The position numbers were made by a program, and so were the translations under genes. Shown here in pieces: positions 1-11,958 of a DNA stretch of 64,000 nucleotides (within the stretch, counting starts at the first letter, position 1; every line of letters begins with the position of its first letter). This DNA comes from Trichoplax adhaerens (taxonomy: Eukaryota; Animalia; Placozoa). Below the pieces are notes generated by a model. The model made no database searches, had not been told where the DNA came from, and saw only the letters and a list, made by a program, of their open reading frames with translations. The stretch covers positions 1,152,731 to 1,216,730 of the forward strand of contig NW_002060943.1 of assembly GCF_000150275.1 (NCBI RefSeq). Direction: 5' to 3'.

Positions 1-221
1 TAAATTGAAAGGAAATTTTTTTTTCCTCTCCTGTGAAGCATTTGACAAAGAAGTTGATTCAATCAAAAATACTGTCTATTGATAGTCGAATGAGGCCTGG
101 CGGTCACCTGCTTAGTCAATGGATCAATTCTGAAAGTATAAATTCAATGTTGGTCGAGAAGGCGGGAAAAATATCAAGTTGTTTATTGTACTCATTCTAT
201 ATTGCGTCAATCTCCATGTGT

Positions 222-359
222 GATTGCTACTTAACATTGACGGCAACTAATTGATATGAACGTCCTGTCGATTCAATTAGATTTGAAGACGATTGCTACT
301 TAACGTTGACGGCAACTAATTGATATGAATGTCCTGTCGATTCAATTAGACTTGAAGAC
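222..359. repeat. Tandem duplication, 2 x 69 bp
   Basis: 222-290 and 291-359 (gattgctacttaac...ttgaagac) differ at only 3 positions. Confidence 0.95.
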
Positions 360-1097
360 AATCTATTGAGAAATGCAGTTGCGCTATTGTTTAGTATTGG
401 CTTCACGTGATCTTATTTTCAAGATTTCTTTTCCAACTATGCAATTCTTATTCTCTTTTACTTGTCTGGATAGGCCAAGTCCGAAGAATGAACAAAATCC
501 TTTTATCGGATAGAATTTATTCTTATATGGCTACAGGTTATTCTAGCCAGAAGAATTGTTTCACTTTTTCATAGGAAATACTCAAAATTATTTGCCATTA
601 GGGCTTAAACTGAGTTCGTGTTATATAATAATACAGTGCATACCTCAATGGCATCTGTAATCATCATGGTATATACAGTGATGGTCTTATAACCGAAGTA
701 AAAGATTTGAAGTCGATCAAGATAATATCGTAATATGATTGACAATGTTTCAATTATATACGTTTCCTTGTTGTATTTGACGTATTTGTCGTAACATTGT
801 TTTGTAATAGTAAGGGATATCCCATAGGCTATAACTTGTCTCGTATTATAATTTACAGAAATAGGAATGACACATTCCATTTGCTTTTTCTACACTTGTA
901 CTATCTACTGTATTAACCTTAAGATCACATATTACAAATATCCCACGTCCGCTAGGATACAGTATAATAGTTATGTGCTTATCAGATCTTGTTCAATCAT
1001 TACAGTTCCTTCATGGTGCGTTGTTGTCGCATTCATGATAGTACACTATTCTGTCAAGACGAAATAAATTCATGTCGCTAAGAACGCCATACTATTA

Positions 1098-1405
1098 TTA
1101 TAATTATCAAATACTTTATTCAAGTGCTATACTATGTCTACATACTCCGTCCGCCATCTGACTTTTTATCAAACACCAAAAGTATCAAAGCATAACACAG
1201 TACATTTGGGAAATTTTTCATACATTCCGAAATTGCTTTTTTCGCACATTATAATTATCAAATGCTTTATTCAAGTGCTATACTATGTCTATATACTCCG
1301 TCCACCATCTGACTTTTCATCAAACACCAAAAGTATCAAAGCATACTACAGTACATTTGGGAAATTTTTCATACTTTCTGAAATTGCTTATTTCGCACAT
1401 TATAA
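1098..1405. repeat. Tandem duplication, 2 x ~151 bp
   Basis: taattatcaaat(a/g)ctttattcaagtgctatactatgtct... starts at 1101 and again at 1252 with high identity. This explains the near-identical ORFs 1134..1427 and 1285..1473. Confidence 0.95.
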
Positions 1406-4400
1406 CTTTAACATTAGCATTATTTAGTGATAGACATCTTTTGCTATTGCTAATTTTAACGAACAAAAGTTAGGGAGACTTAATTAGCGCTATTCTTTAT
1501 TAGTTAAAACTAACTTAGCGCATCATCCATCATTTAGGACGGCACTCATAAAATCTATCAGATATTTTAGCACGGATGACGCGGTTAGCACAACACATTT
1601 TAGTAGCACAAACTTAGGAAATGCTATAAGACAATCAAAATATGGAATATAGGTGTCAATACTGTACTTCTTATAAAATCGAACTCATTGATAAAAAGCC
1701 TATTGTATTTTGATAGATACTTATAAAGCGTATTGCATAACTACGGTTACCTACTGTTTCTGTTTATGTCTAAGATACTATGTCCAATAATTATAGTGAC
1801 GACTTAATAACTCGCACAGCATGGTGTGCACACTATGCTCACAATTTTCTATCATTGAGCTCAGATTACAATCGTTGAATAGTGACGAGTTGCAATCATG
1901 TATCGTAAATTGTAATTACTTTTAAAATTTTTAAAATAAGTTGTATACCAAGGTGGTCAGTATCCGAGTATCACGGTCAAGCTTTGGCCATGAAGATGTC
2001 TATGTATTATAATCCGTAGGCTTTATACTAAAGGCCTATACTTTTGCAATTTGTTAATGCTTATACTATCGAATTAATTTACTGCTTTTGGATAAGGTGA
2101 AGTGGAGTCGTGTTGAAATATTTTGGATGAATTGTCATTATGTGATTGGATAACTCATCTAAACTTGTTTAGGTTATCTTCATCTAGAGATTTCTATAAA
2201 TGTGAAACTCGGTTCGGATGTTGGTGAGAATATTTGTGCTCGCTTAGAAATAAACTTAGTTACCGTTATTTAACACAGCTATTGACTGCTTTTGTGTGAT
2301 ACTCAGGATACTGGTCATAGAGACAACTTGGTACAAAGTTATCGGAGGTTTGCAAAGGCTCAGAGATTTAGTTGACTACTTTAGTGCTTAGCTCAAATCA
2401 GTAGGACGATTGAGAAGTTTATTGGTGATCGATCTTATAGTATTCGCTTGTATTGCAATCGTAGCTGTCATACCGGGATAATAATATATTGCAATAACAA
2501 GAAAACTGTTGCATAAATTACTGGGTAAATTCGTCGTTGATGCTTAGGTTTTATAAGTAACCGCTGTCTGCCAGGTGCCGTATCATATTTAATCAACTGT
2601 AAATATTTTGTAAGTTTACGTAAAATCTATCATAGTGGTCGCTAAGAGTAAGCGTTGTTAGACTGATCATTGTCGGTAGATCACTGGGATGTATAAAGAT
2701 AACTCTTTAGATAAAAAAATGATTGCTTCTTCTAGCAATCATATTGGCTTGCCTCCATAGTACCATCAACATTATTCAATTTTCTTTAGACATAAATAAA
2801 CAACACTAACTTAATACGTTGATCCTGCCATCATGGAGAATCTTTCCAGTTGAAAGTTGATCTGTTGCATTTACTCTTCTTGAAGCTCTACGGAGTTAGA
2901 TTCTATTTCAAATTCTTGAAGAAACATGACGGGTTACAGTAGCTACGACCTTCTCTTTAGTTCGTAAAGGCGTTTTTTTTAATACACACATAGCTTTCAT
3001 GAAGACTTTGTTTAGCGTATAACATTATATCTATAGATTCTCAATCGAGTAGATATCTTTGCCTTTTTTTAATATCACTATCCGCATAACCTATAAAGTG
3101 AAGCAAGAGTTATAAAAATGTACCTTTCCAGCCTTAAAACTGCTAGATATATTGGAAATTAAAACTCTCAGATTTCCCTACCTGAGTTACAAAGTGTACA
3201 CGTGATCTCTAAAGGAGATAGAACTTCCTACAATGAAACAGAATTAAGAGTTAGATTTTTCATCCAGGAAATTTGACACGATTAATAGTAATTATAATCT
3301 CACATTTAGCTGAAATGCAGATTTGTCTCTAATCACCATTAGCTATACCGTATAGTGGCTGGAGATTAATAGTTATATACTAAGTCAGTATGAAAATCAT
3401 AGTTTTGATACTATTGGGCTTTGAATCGTACGGCGCAACTGCTGGAGATTTAATATACGCATAATTAGTGAAGGAAGCAGTACGGCAAACTGACACGAAG
3501 AAAAATGATTCATGATAACATTTACTGCTCGTTAGAAGCACTGATAGTTCTGTTGTACTGTATATCATAGTATATGGATGAAAGATTTTTAGCTTGCTAA
3601 TTTTCCTTAATAAACCATTGAAAGTTATGGTCATACTCCAATGGAATTAATAGATTACCTTAAGTGGAAATTGCTGTCTCAGATTTTAATATACAATTAC
3701 AGTATATCGCGATAATCTGGTTAATGCATTGATTACTAGTACAAACTCCCGTCGCTTTGCTGACGGTTTACGGTAATGTGCTCATTTAACAGATAGTATT
3801 ACCATTTGATAGACCTGTCAGAGGTTCAGTAACTTTATACCGTGTACTCTGCGTCCAAAGAGTGCCAAACGTTATTAATGTATAATCATTACTTTTAACT
3901 CGCGAATCTTACAAATATGTCCGTACCTCAGCTCAAATCTATAATCGCTTTATTGAATGAGCACCACGTCCATAGATTGTTACTGCATATTTAAACAGTT
4001 GCAATTAATAGGAAAAGGATAATATGCGCAAAATTTCTTAATTGTGAATGATATAAATCAACCCTTACCCGCTTAATAGCATACGTAATAAACATACTTG
4101 CTACATTTCATTCCGCAGCATGTAACTATATTTGGAACGACTCCAAGAAATTTTAAGTTATAATACTTTAACAGCTTCCATTAATTGAAGAAATTTACTC
4201 TTCTAGAATTTAGTGGCAGATAGCAAAAAGTAAAATGCTCGTTTGGTCTAAAGCATTTGCAAAGATGAGCCTACTTAAATAAGGCAATAACTTTAAAGTA
4301 CGATCTCGAAAAATTCATTTGATTATTACAACAGGCTCTATGTTAGATTCTACATACAGTATGTCTTTAAGGTTACCGCTCTAATCGCTACACATGGTAC

Positions 4401-6134
4401 TGTAGTTAGCCTATGCAAATCCTTTACTATCTATCATGCCATGAATGGGTTTCGAAGCAGTATAACTGCTATGTCACATATTTAGACTTTTATTATAAAT
4501 ATAGTAATAACTCTAAAATGTAAAGGAAGATTATCCAACATTTGATGAAAAAATATCGATATTCGTACTTTATTTTGTCGATCAAAGTGCCCAACTGTAG
4601 CTCCTATCTATAAATGACCTCTCTAATTAATTTACAATCCTCGAATTTTTCAAGACTATGACTCACTCTCTGTGGCAAATCACAATGATATTAGCGAATA
4701 TATTTTTACCTCGTCACAAATAGCGCCCTGAATTATTCTTAATGGTATTGTTTGTCAACGTGGTTGGTGAAGATAATTTTGAATGTTTATTAAACTTATA
4801 TATGTCAATATTTGCTTTCCCCATCATGGAGTTTCTTAATCCAAATTATAAAGTAATTACTGTTGATTTAATATCTACTAATAAACCCAGCTTGAAGTAA
4901 GCGGTAATATGACTCCTGCAATGTCTGTTGATAGAGTATAGATGACATTCTAAGAACTAAATTGTTCTTATTTAAGAACTATTGAAAAGCTCAATCGCGA
5001 TCTAGTTATTGTTTTTTAAATCATATAATTTTGTTTACGTGCTACACGACCATCGTGATAATTATTATGGCTTATATGTCTTTGTATAATATCGTGAAGT
5101 ACTGCATAAATCTTGAAGCTGATTACAATTTAGTGACATCTTTGTAAATGAATGTACTTAAATAAATAATTGATGCATATTTTTAACGGTATATGCGGTT
5201 ACACACACCTGCTTAGCGTAGAAAATCTCCTACATGAAAGCGTATAAATTTATACGATTGACAGTAAATTTAGAATGATGGTAACCTGTAAATCACAAAT
5301 CTAAATTTAGTAAGATTAATAAATTGATTGATAATGAAGTACTGTTCATACTCATAATAAGTGTATCTAGGAGAATGAGCCCTTAGTAAAAATATAGAGT
5401 TCGTTTTCGGCGTCAGTTACGTGTTTACATTGAAACTTTTCGAGAACTATTTACGTAAGATGAGTACCGTGTACGTACTCTTCGTAAATTTTTAAGATAT
5501 GGCTATTTTTGACGATGAGATGCTATTGGATTGTGAGACATAGTAAAATAGTACTAGCAATTAGTTGTTAGCAGCTAATTGGCATGCAATGATAACCTTA
5601 TTCGAATTTATTTCAAGTTTGGTTTAGAGTTGATTGAAAAATTTACAGTAGTACCTTTTTGGCACTATACATAGAAACTGCATTGAGAATGCATTTAATG
5701 CTTATTGCAGCATTCCATAGTAACTAACAGGAGCTCTGATAATTCTATGATATCGATAGTTAAGTAGAGAAGAAGATAGCTGACGTACGATGGGGGTAGA
5801 TAGCACGTTTTGTGAGTTCTATCGGAATTTATAAAGACCATTCGCTGTAATTCAATGCCAATCAATTAACGTTATCATTGAAAAGTTTGAAACTTAGCCT
5901 TTGCAAAATAGTTTGCCATTGGCTCAGTATTAGTAGCTATTTATTTACTATTAATTATTGCTCAGTAGGGCTGGCCCAGATAGATAACAATTGCGTTCTA
6001 TATTAAAGTCATTCATTAATTAATACCATGCTACTACTTCATGAAATAGGAATAAATGCCAATGTTATAGTTACAGAATGACGAAGGAGTACAGTAGGTC
6101 AGTGCAAGTCTTAAACGATGAAATTTAGAACACA

Positions 6135-6472
6135 CGCTGTACTGTACGGTTTTGCACAGTACTGTACACTGTACACTGTACTGTACAGTACTCGACTGCA
6201 GTACCGTAGATGTATTAGTACTGTACTGTACACGTACAGTACTGTACTGTAGTGTACTGTACTGTAGTCAAAAAATGTACAGTACAAAGGCTGTTCCAGT
6301 ATGAATCACAGAACAGTGATAAAACAAATAAACCGCGTAGTCGCTGTGTACAGTATAGTACTGTCCTGTACTGTACTGTACACTGTACAGTACATACTGT
6401 ACAGTACAGTACTAAGACTAAGACAGAGTGCAGCTACAGGACAGTACTGTGTAGTGTACTGTACGTACTGTA
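6135..6472. repeat. Mixed (CAGTA/CTGTA)n array upstream of Vangl
   Basis: Dense TA-CTG-TA / TA-CAG-TA / TA-CACTG-TA / TA-CCG-TA units, e.g. 6157-6190 cag-ta-ctg-ta-ca-ctg-ta-ca-ctg-ta-ctg-ta-cag-ta. Confidence 0.9.
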
Positions 6473-7916
6473 AATCCCCCTTTAGAAATGCTCTTGCGTG
6501 CAAGATAGCGTCCTGAACCGTGAGTGGTATATGACTCCGGCCCCTTACTGTTACCGCGTATAATTTTGTTAAAGGCCATTACAGTTAAGCCTCCAGATTG
6601 ATAACTAGCGGCTGATGTACTAAACTCTTAATTAGTTATAATTTATATGGCGAGATAACTGTAGTAAATAGACTTCATTTAATTGCCATCATTTGTCAAC
6701 GATATCGATAAAGAATAATTGAAGTTAAGTCATTTATTATTATTTTTACCCGAAAACGCGATAACAAGAAAAGAAGAATATAACGGTAATCATTAACGAG
6801 CTTCCGATTTCGTTTATAAATAATTGGACGACGTTTTTATACTTCTACTGTTGTTTTTGAAACTTTATTTTTATGTTTTTGATTTTCATCAATAACACTA
6901 TTTTGGGTTGCTGTTGTTTAGAGTGGCTAATTTAAGTGCACTTAGTATAAGCCGACGTTATCATTGCAATATCGATCGAACTATTATCTCAATTATTGTA
7001 TCGGATAAAATACATTCGAAAGTTCACTCAAGTTACGCTTAGTTGAAAGACTGGTCCTTCCTTCATCTCATACAGTACGTATAGTAATAAGCTGTACGAT
7101 ACGGGTGCGGCAGTAAGCCTTCTTTTACTCATTTCTCACCTGCTGCCGGAGGCCACTAGTTGTGTAACCCGTTGCAGTTCTTGTCAAATCACATTGGCAT
7201 TAGCTAACCTGAGATGCCATCCTGCATTTAATTCAAAACTCACCTTTCCTTATTAATACAGAAGACAAGCAGTAAAACTTTAAAATTAAAGCCGAACTAA
7301 CTTTTTTTATGTGTGTGCAAGATCATACAGTGTTCACTATGGGATCTACTGTACTGAAGAGCGAACCCCTTTTTTTTGCTGCACCGTATTTAATTAATTA
7401 AGGTGTCCTCGAATGATAATCGATTTTAAGAATGTTGGCCATATCGATTTCACAAGTTGTTACTATACTTACAAATAGACAATATTTTATTTAATTTCAA
7501 AAGTCTTATCTTTCTTCTCTTTTTTTGAATTCATTTTATCTGTTGTACGTACACATTTATAGTCCACTATCTTGTCATTCTTCTTAAGCATCATTACAAA
7601 AAATTGTTAGTAACAACCGAGTGTCAACCTTTTGTTTCTCTTAGTTTTGGGCTAACTTGCCTCATTTTTTATTCAATTTTATAATTTCAGTTGTTGATAA
7701 CGATTGAAAAGGTTTGAAAGGCAACAATTACCTTGATCCATTACCTCAATCAACTAATCAACGTATACAGTAATTGTATAATCGGAACGGCCACAACGAT
7801 TCTGATAGCCATTTCTTACAAGTTGTCGACTGTAACTGAAAAATTGACTGCAACCTGGTATCCCCCAGGTGATCAAGAATAGAGAAACAGAATTAACTGG
7901 GTCCTCATAAATCAAC

Positions 7917-9392
7917 ATGTCAAGTCAAGATGGTGAAGATGTTGTTGAAGTCCATGTTATCCGTCAGGATGAAAACTGGGGTGTTGGTCCAAGTGGTCGC
8001 GCTACTTCAATAGCTACATCGGATAGATCAGCAGGTATGGGCAATGTAACTTTTCGCCGAGATCATGATGACGATGACGATGAAAACCCTGCACCTTGGA
8101 ATTCATTGCTTTCAATTGGGGTTCCTATTGCCGTGGGTACTTTAGCTTTATTGACGCCTCTTATTTTCATTTTACTCCCTTTCATGATGGGAACAACATG
8201 GCAACTTTCGAATTGTGGTAATTATTGTAACGGCTCATATTTAACTCTAGCTATCAAAGAGATTATCCTTCTAATTGGCATATGGGCGTTGTATAGTAGA
8301 CACCATTCTCATTATACATTACCACGTCTAATAAGCTACAAGCTATTTGTATTATCGTTAGTTTTGATGGTGACCATCTGTTATTGGATTTACTATGTTG
8401 TCGCTGTCATTATACCCAAGTCTTCCGATTATGCATCTATTGTCGATCTCGCCGTCTCTTTAGTTGATATCTTTCTTTTCCTTCATTATATTTCGTTAAT
8501 ATTGTTGGAAATTCGTCAGCAACGGAATCATACACAATTCATACTTAAGGTTGTTCGCGATCCTGACGGTCAGCAACAATATTATCATCTCCACCGTACC
8601 AGCATTCAATTAGCAGCGTTGACTATATTGCAATATTATTATCGTGATTTTACTGCATATAATTCGGCTATGGAGAAAATGCTTGAACGCTATGTTGGCC
8701 GTAGTCAAACAGCATTAACATTATATGATATTGACGGCCGTTCCGGAGACGTCGAAGCGATGAGTACCCGCTCGCGTTCAGTTATTACGGCTTCGACCAA
8801 ACGAGGTGCAGGTAGTGCTATTAACGGTAATCGCAATGATAGGTATCACAATGAAACTGAATTTTATAAAAGAATTGATAAAAGACGAGCTCGACTAATT
8901 GCTGCAGCTGAAGAAGCCTTTGAACATATTAATCGTTTACGCCAAGATGAGCAAGACAGGAGTGGACCACCAATGAACCCAGATGATGTTGCTCATGCAA
9001 TATTTCCGTGTATGGCGCGTCAATTACAAAAATATTTAAGAGCCACTAAGCAACAAACATGGTATAAAATCGACTCTATCTTGAGGCATCTATCACATTG
9101 TGTAGCTTTAGGTGCAACTTCAAAAACTTTTTTGCAGCGCTATTTAACAACTCGACACTGTGCGATCCCATTAGAAGATGATGATCGTAATAAACCACAT
9201 CATTGGTCTTTAGAGTCGGAATTACCTGCACATAAATCACTCCATGAAGGAGCTTGGTTCGTCTTGAAACGAAATGAGGTCTCATTAATTGTTAGTGTAG
9301 TTAGATTGCCTCAATATAATATAACTGAACATACACTTGATCATACTGGTAGAAGAATTCGTTTGAATCCTAATCCTGAAACATCAGTTTAG
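7917..9392 (+). CDS. VANGL: Vang-like / Strabismus planar cell polarity protein (491 aa, single coding exon)
   Basis: QDENWG motif, four hydrophobic TM segments, VVRDPDG, YYRDF (AP-1 YYxxF sorting motif), KRRARLIAAAEEAFEHI, AIFPCMARQLQKYLRATKQQ and C-terminal PDZ-binding ETSV. An in-frame stop at 7908-7910 fixes the ATG. Probable 5'UTR intron acceptor (ataatttcag) at 7690. Confidence 0.97.
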   Translation: MSSQDGEDVVEVHVIRQDENWGVGPSGRATSIATSDRSAGMGNVTFRRDHDDDDDENPAPWNSLLSIGVPIAVGTLALLTPLIFILLPFMMGTTWQLSNCGNYCNGSYLTLAIKEIILLIGIWALYSRHHSHYTLPRLISYKLFVLSLVLMVTICYWIYYVVAVIIPKSSDYASIVDLAVSLVDIFLFLHYISLILLEIRQQRNHTQFILKVVRDPDGQQQYYHLHRTSIQLAALTILQYYYRDFTAYNSAMEKMLERYVGRSQTALTLYDIDGRSGDVEAMSTRSRSVITASTKRGAGSAINGNRNDRYHNETEFYKRIDKRRARLIAAAEEAFEHINRLRQDEQDRSGPPMNPDDVAHAIFPCMARQLQKYLRATKQQTWYKIDSILRHLSHCVALGATSKTFLQRYLTTRHCAIPLEDDDRNKPHHWSLESELPAHKSLHEGAWFVLKRNEVSLIVSVVRLPQYNITEHTLDHTGRRIRLNPNPETSV

Positions 9393-11394
9393 TTACTTAG
9401 TGCCTACTATTTGAGCCTTACTAGTATGGTAGAGAGGATTTTCTTTCTTAAGGCTTTCAATAAGCTCAGTTACTACTGTAATGATATCTTAAAAACGAAA
9501 GAGAAGCTGTACTCTACAGCTCTCAAGGTAGCATGGCATTATAAAAATGATGCGGAAAACAATTATTCTCAACAATGTAATCGTTTTTATTATTTTGACA
9601 CTCTTTGACATTGTATCTTTCATCCTCTTTGGTTACTTCTATACGAAGACTGTCTAGGAGTGTTATCTGTTACATTATTCCATTGAATGTGAAATTTTTT
9701 AACTTGTATTGATAAACACTATAGTTTCAGTTTTGCCATTCATATGTATACTGTCATATACAATCCTTGGGTATTAACGCTGACCTTTAATGCCGTTTTT
9801 AGTTCTAGGGGGGTACGCTGTGCTATGCATCATAATTAATTTTTATTTGTTTAAATTCATATTTTACTTTTGTTTGGCTCTTTACCATGTCTAGACTTTA
9901 AAATCCAGGTTATTATTGCTTAATCAAAGTTATCTATGTAATCCATTGATGAATAGCCTTACTGATGGAATAGTTAAATAGCTTAGACTGTGCTTTCGTT
10001 TGAAACCTTAATTTTAATTGCAGCCGGTTTGATTGTATTAATGATGATTATTTTCGGATTTGATTCATCATCATTAAATGATGGCCATTTTAGATCAAAG
10101 AACAATTAAGATTGTGATAATCGTCATATTCAATATAGCAATTACTTGACATTTGTATTTTCTTAGTTATTACTGTTTGGTTAATTATTTTTATTGATTG
10201 CTGTTCATTCCGCGTTTTACTTATTAGAATTTACAGTACCTTTATGATGATATATTACAGAATGTCAGAAACTATATGCTGTACTAGCTGTGGTTATCGA
10301 GGAAAACTGTTAGACATATAGTACTGTACTACGATGTAATTTTAGAGGGAATATGTGAAGGATATGTATTCAGTGAAAATATTTCTTAAAATAATTAAGA
10401 TTTATAAGGGAAATGACGGACTGGTTACCCAATTTTATCACAGTAACTGTTGATGATATCTTGTAACGTGATTTAACTAGTTTTTTTAATGTTGTTATGT
10501 ATTGTACTGTAATCATGATCATTGTGCAACGATGGTATCATTTTGTAATATAGATGCATGTACATCAAATTTCTATTGGTAGAATATTTGCTGCTATTTG
10601 CTTTATGTTTACTACTTTTCTTGCCAAGCTGAGCGTTTTATAAACAAATCTAGAAAGATTTAACTACGATCCGACTTGATGAAGTAGCATCATGACGGCA
10701 ACCGTTATCTACCTATCGAAAATCATCGTATTCATTAATGTTATCAATTTCTATTTCTTGTCGGGCATCACATACTGTATGAACGTTATAACACATTAAA
10801 TGTGTCTTCCTTACGATGTATATCTCTTGTCCATGATAAGCTTTAGTTCAATATAGATTTTAATACTAACTTGATGATACAATAAAGGGATTCTTTGTGC
10901 TATCAGGTAAAATATTGAATGGATAGGAAAAACAATCGATTTTAAATCAATTTATACTATTGCTTAATTGTCTTTACGATATTGTCCAATGACACATTGC
11001 AGATTACGAGGTAAAAGTTCAAATAAAATGTATTATTATTGAAGGAAGTAGTCAAAGTCTTAGTATCAATGCTACCCTAGCTATGAGATTGATCCAACTT
11101 ACAGTAGGATTCGATCTTGATTTTTACATTAGGCAAATTATTGAATATTATAATCTCTAATAACTATAAATTGTAGAGGTAGATCATAGCAGCTAACCGG
11201 GAAATAAAAAGTCATTTTTTAAACTAGAACCAAAGTAGATTAAATGGTTTACTGTATTACGATTAATGAATACCCGGAATATCGATTAATTTCTTGTCAA
11301 ATAAACGTTAGTTACTTTTATGCACCGTCCATTTGACCACTGGAGTTTAGTAATTTACTTCGTTGCAATGTACCGCATTAGCGACTTCGAGTAG

Positions 11395-11835
11395 CGTACT
11401 GTACAACTCGATGTACTGTACAGTACTGTACTGTGTCACAGTCATCTGTGACAGTACCCTGGATTGTCCCTGACGGATCCATAGAGGTTTTTACCTCTAC
11501 GGACGGACTATGGCACGACATAGGCGCCTATGCGCAGAGCCTTCCGATAGCATGATGATAATGATGTGAGATCACTTGATCACCTGCACATTTTGTCCAT
11601 TGTTATAGTACTGTGCACTGTGCAGGGTTCACTGTACACTGTACAGTATCATGGACGGCTGTACCGTACTGTACTGTACTGTACAGTACTGTCATCCATG
11701 AATGTACTGTACAGTACTAATGAAAAGGCTTCCAATCTCACTCACGTGACGAACACTCTCATGTGGTACTAGCAAATACTGTACTGTCTGTCTGTCAGTA
11801 CTGTACTGTAGTGGACAGTCTGGACTGGTGTACTA
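11395..11835. promoter_or_regulatory. FAM21 promoter region with CAGTA/CTGTA arrays, hairpins and a TCACGTGA E-box
   Basis: Arrays at 11397-11433, 11607-11718 and 11777-11812; locally raised GC; TCACGTGA at 11742-11749; lies just 5' of the first FAM21 coding exon. Confidence 0.6.
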
Positions 11836-11958
11836 AAAGGAAAGTAGTCCGTAATACAGTAGCAGTCCAGCATCGACCTGGTACACACTGGTGTTAGACC
11901 TTGGAAACTGACAGACAGATAGGTACAGTCATACAAGACGTACGACGTCATTTGCATT

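Noticed and set aside
222-359. Direct repeats as a CRISPR-like array
   Set aside because: Two adjacent copies without spacers, in eukaryotic DNA with no cas genes.
1134-1473. Two similar ORFs suggesting a small gene pair
   Set aside because: Produced by the 151-bp tandem duplication; no homology or splice support.
2173-2223. Isolated exon-like segment (tttag|...|gtgaga)
   Set aside because: No compatible neighbouring exons or recognisable protein; likely chance splice signals.
6252-6516. Overlapping Y/C/T/V/Q-rich short ORFs (also 11566-11993, 12544-12804, 23070-23261, 23515-23729)
   Set aside because: They are translations of the stop-poor CAGTA/CTGTA arrays and show no protein features.
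7860-7916. Near-cognate N-terminal extension of Vangl like vertebrate Vangl2-Long
   Set aside because: An in-frame TAA at 7908-7910 lies two codons upstream of the ATG.
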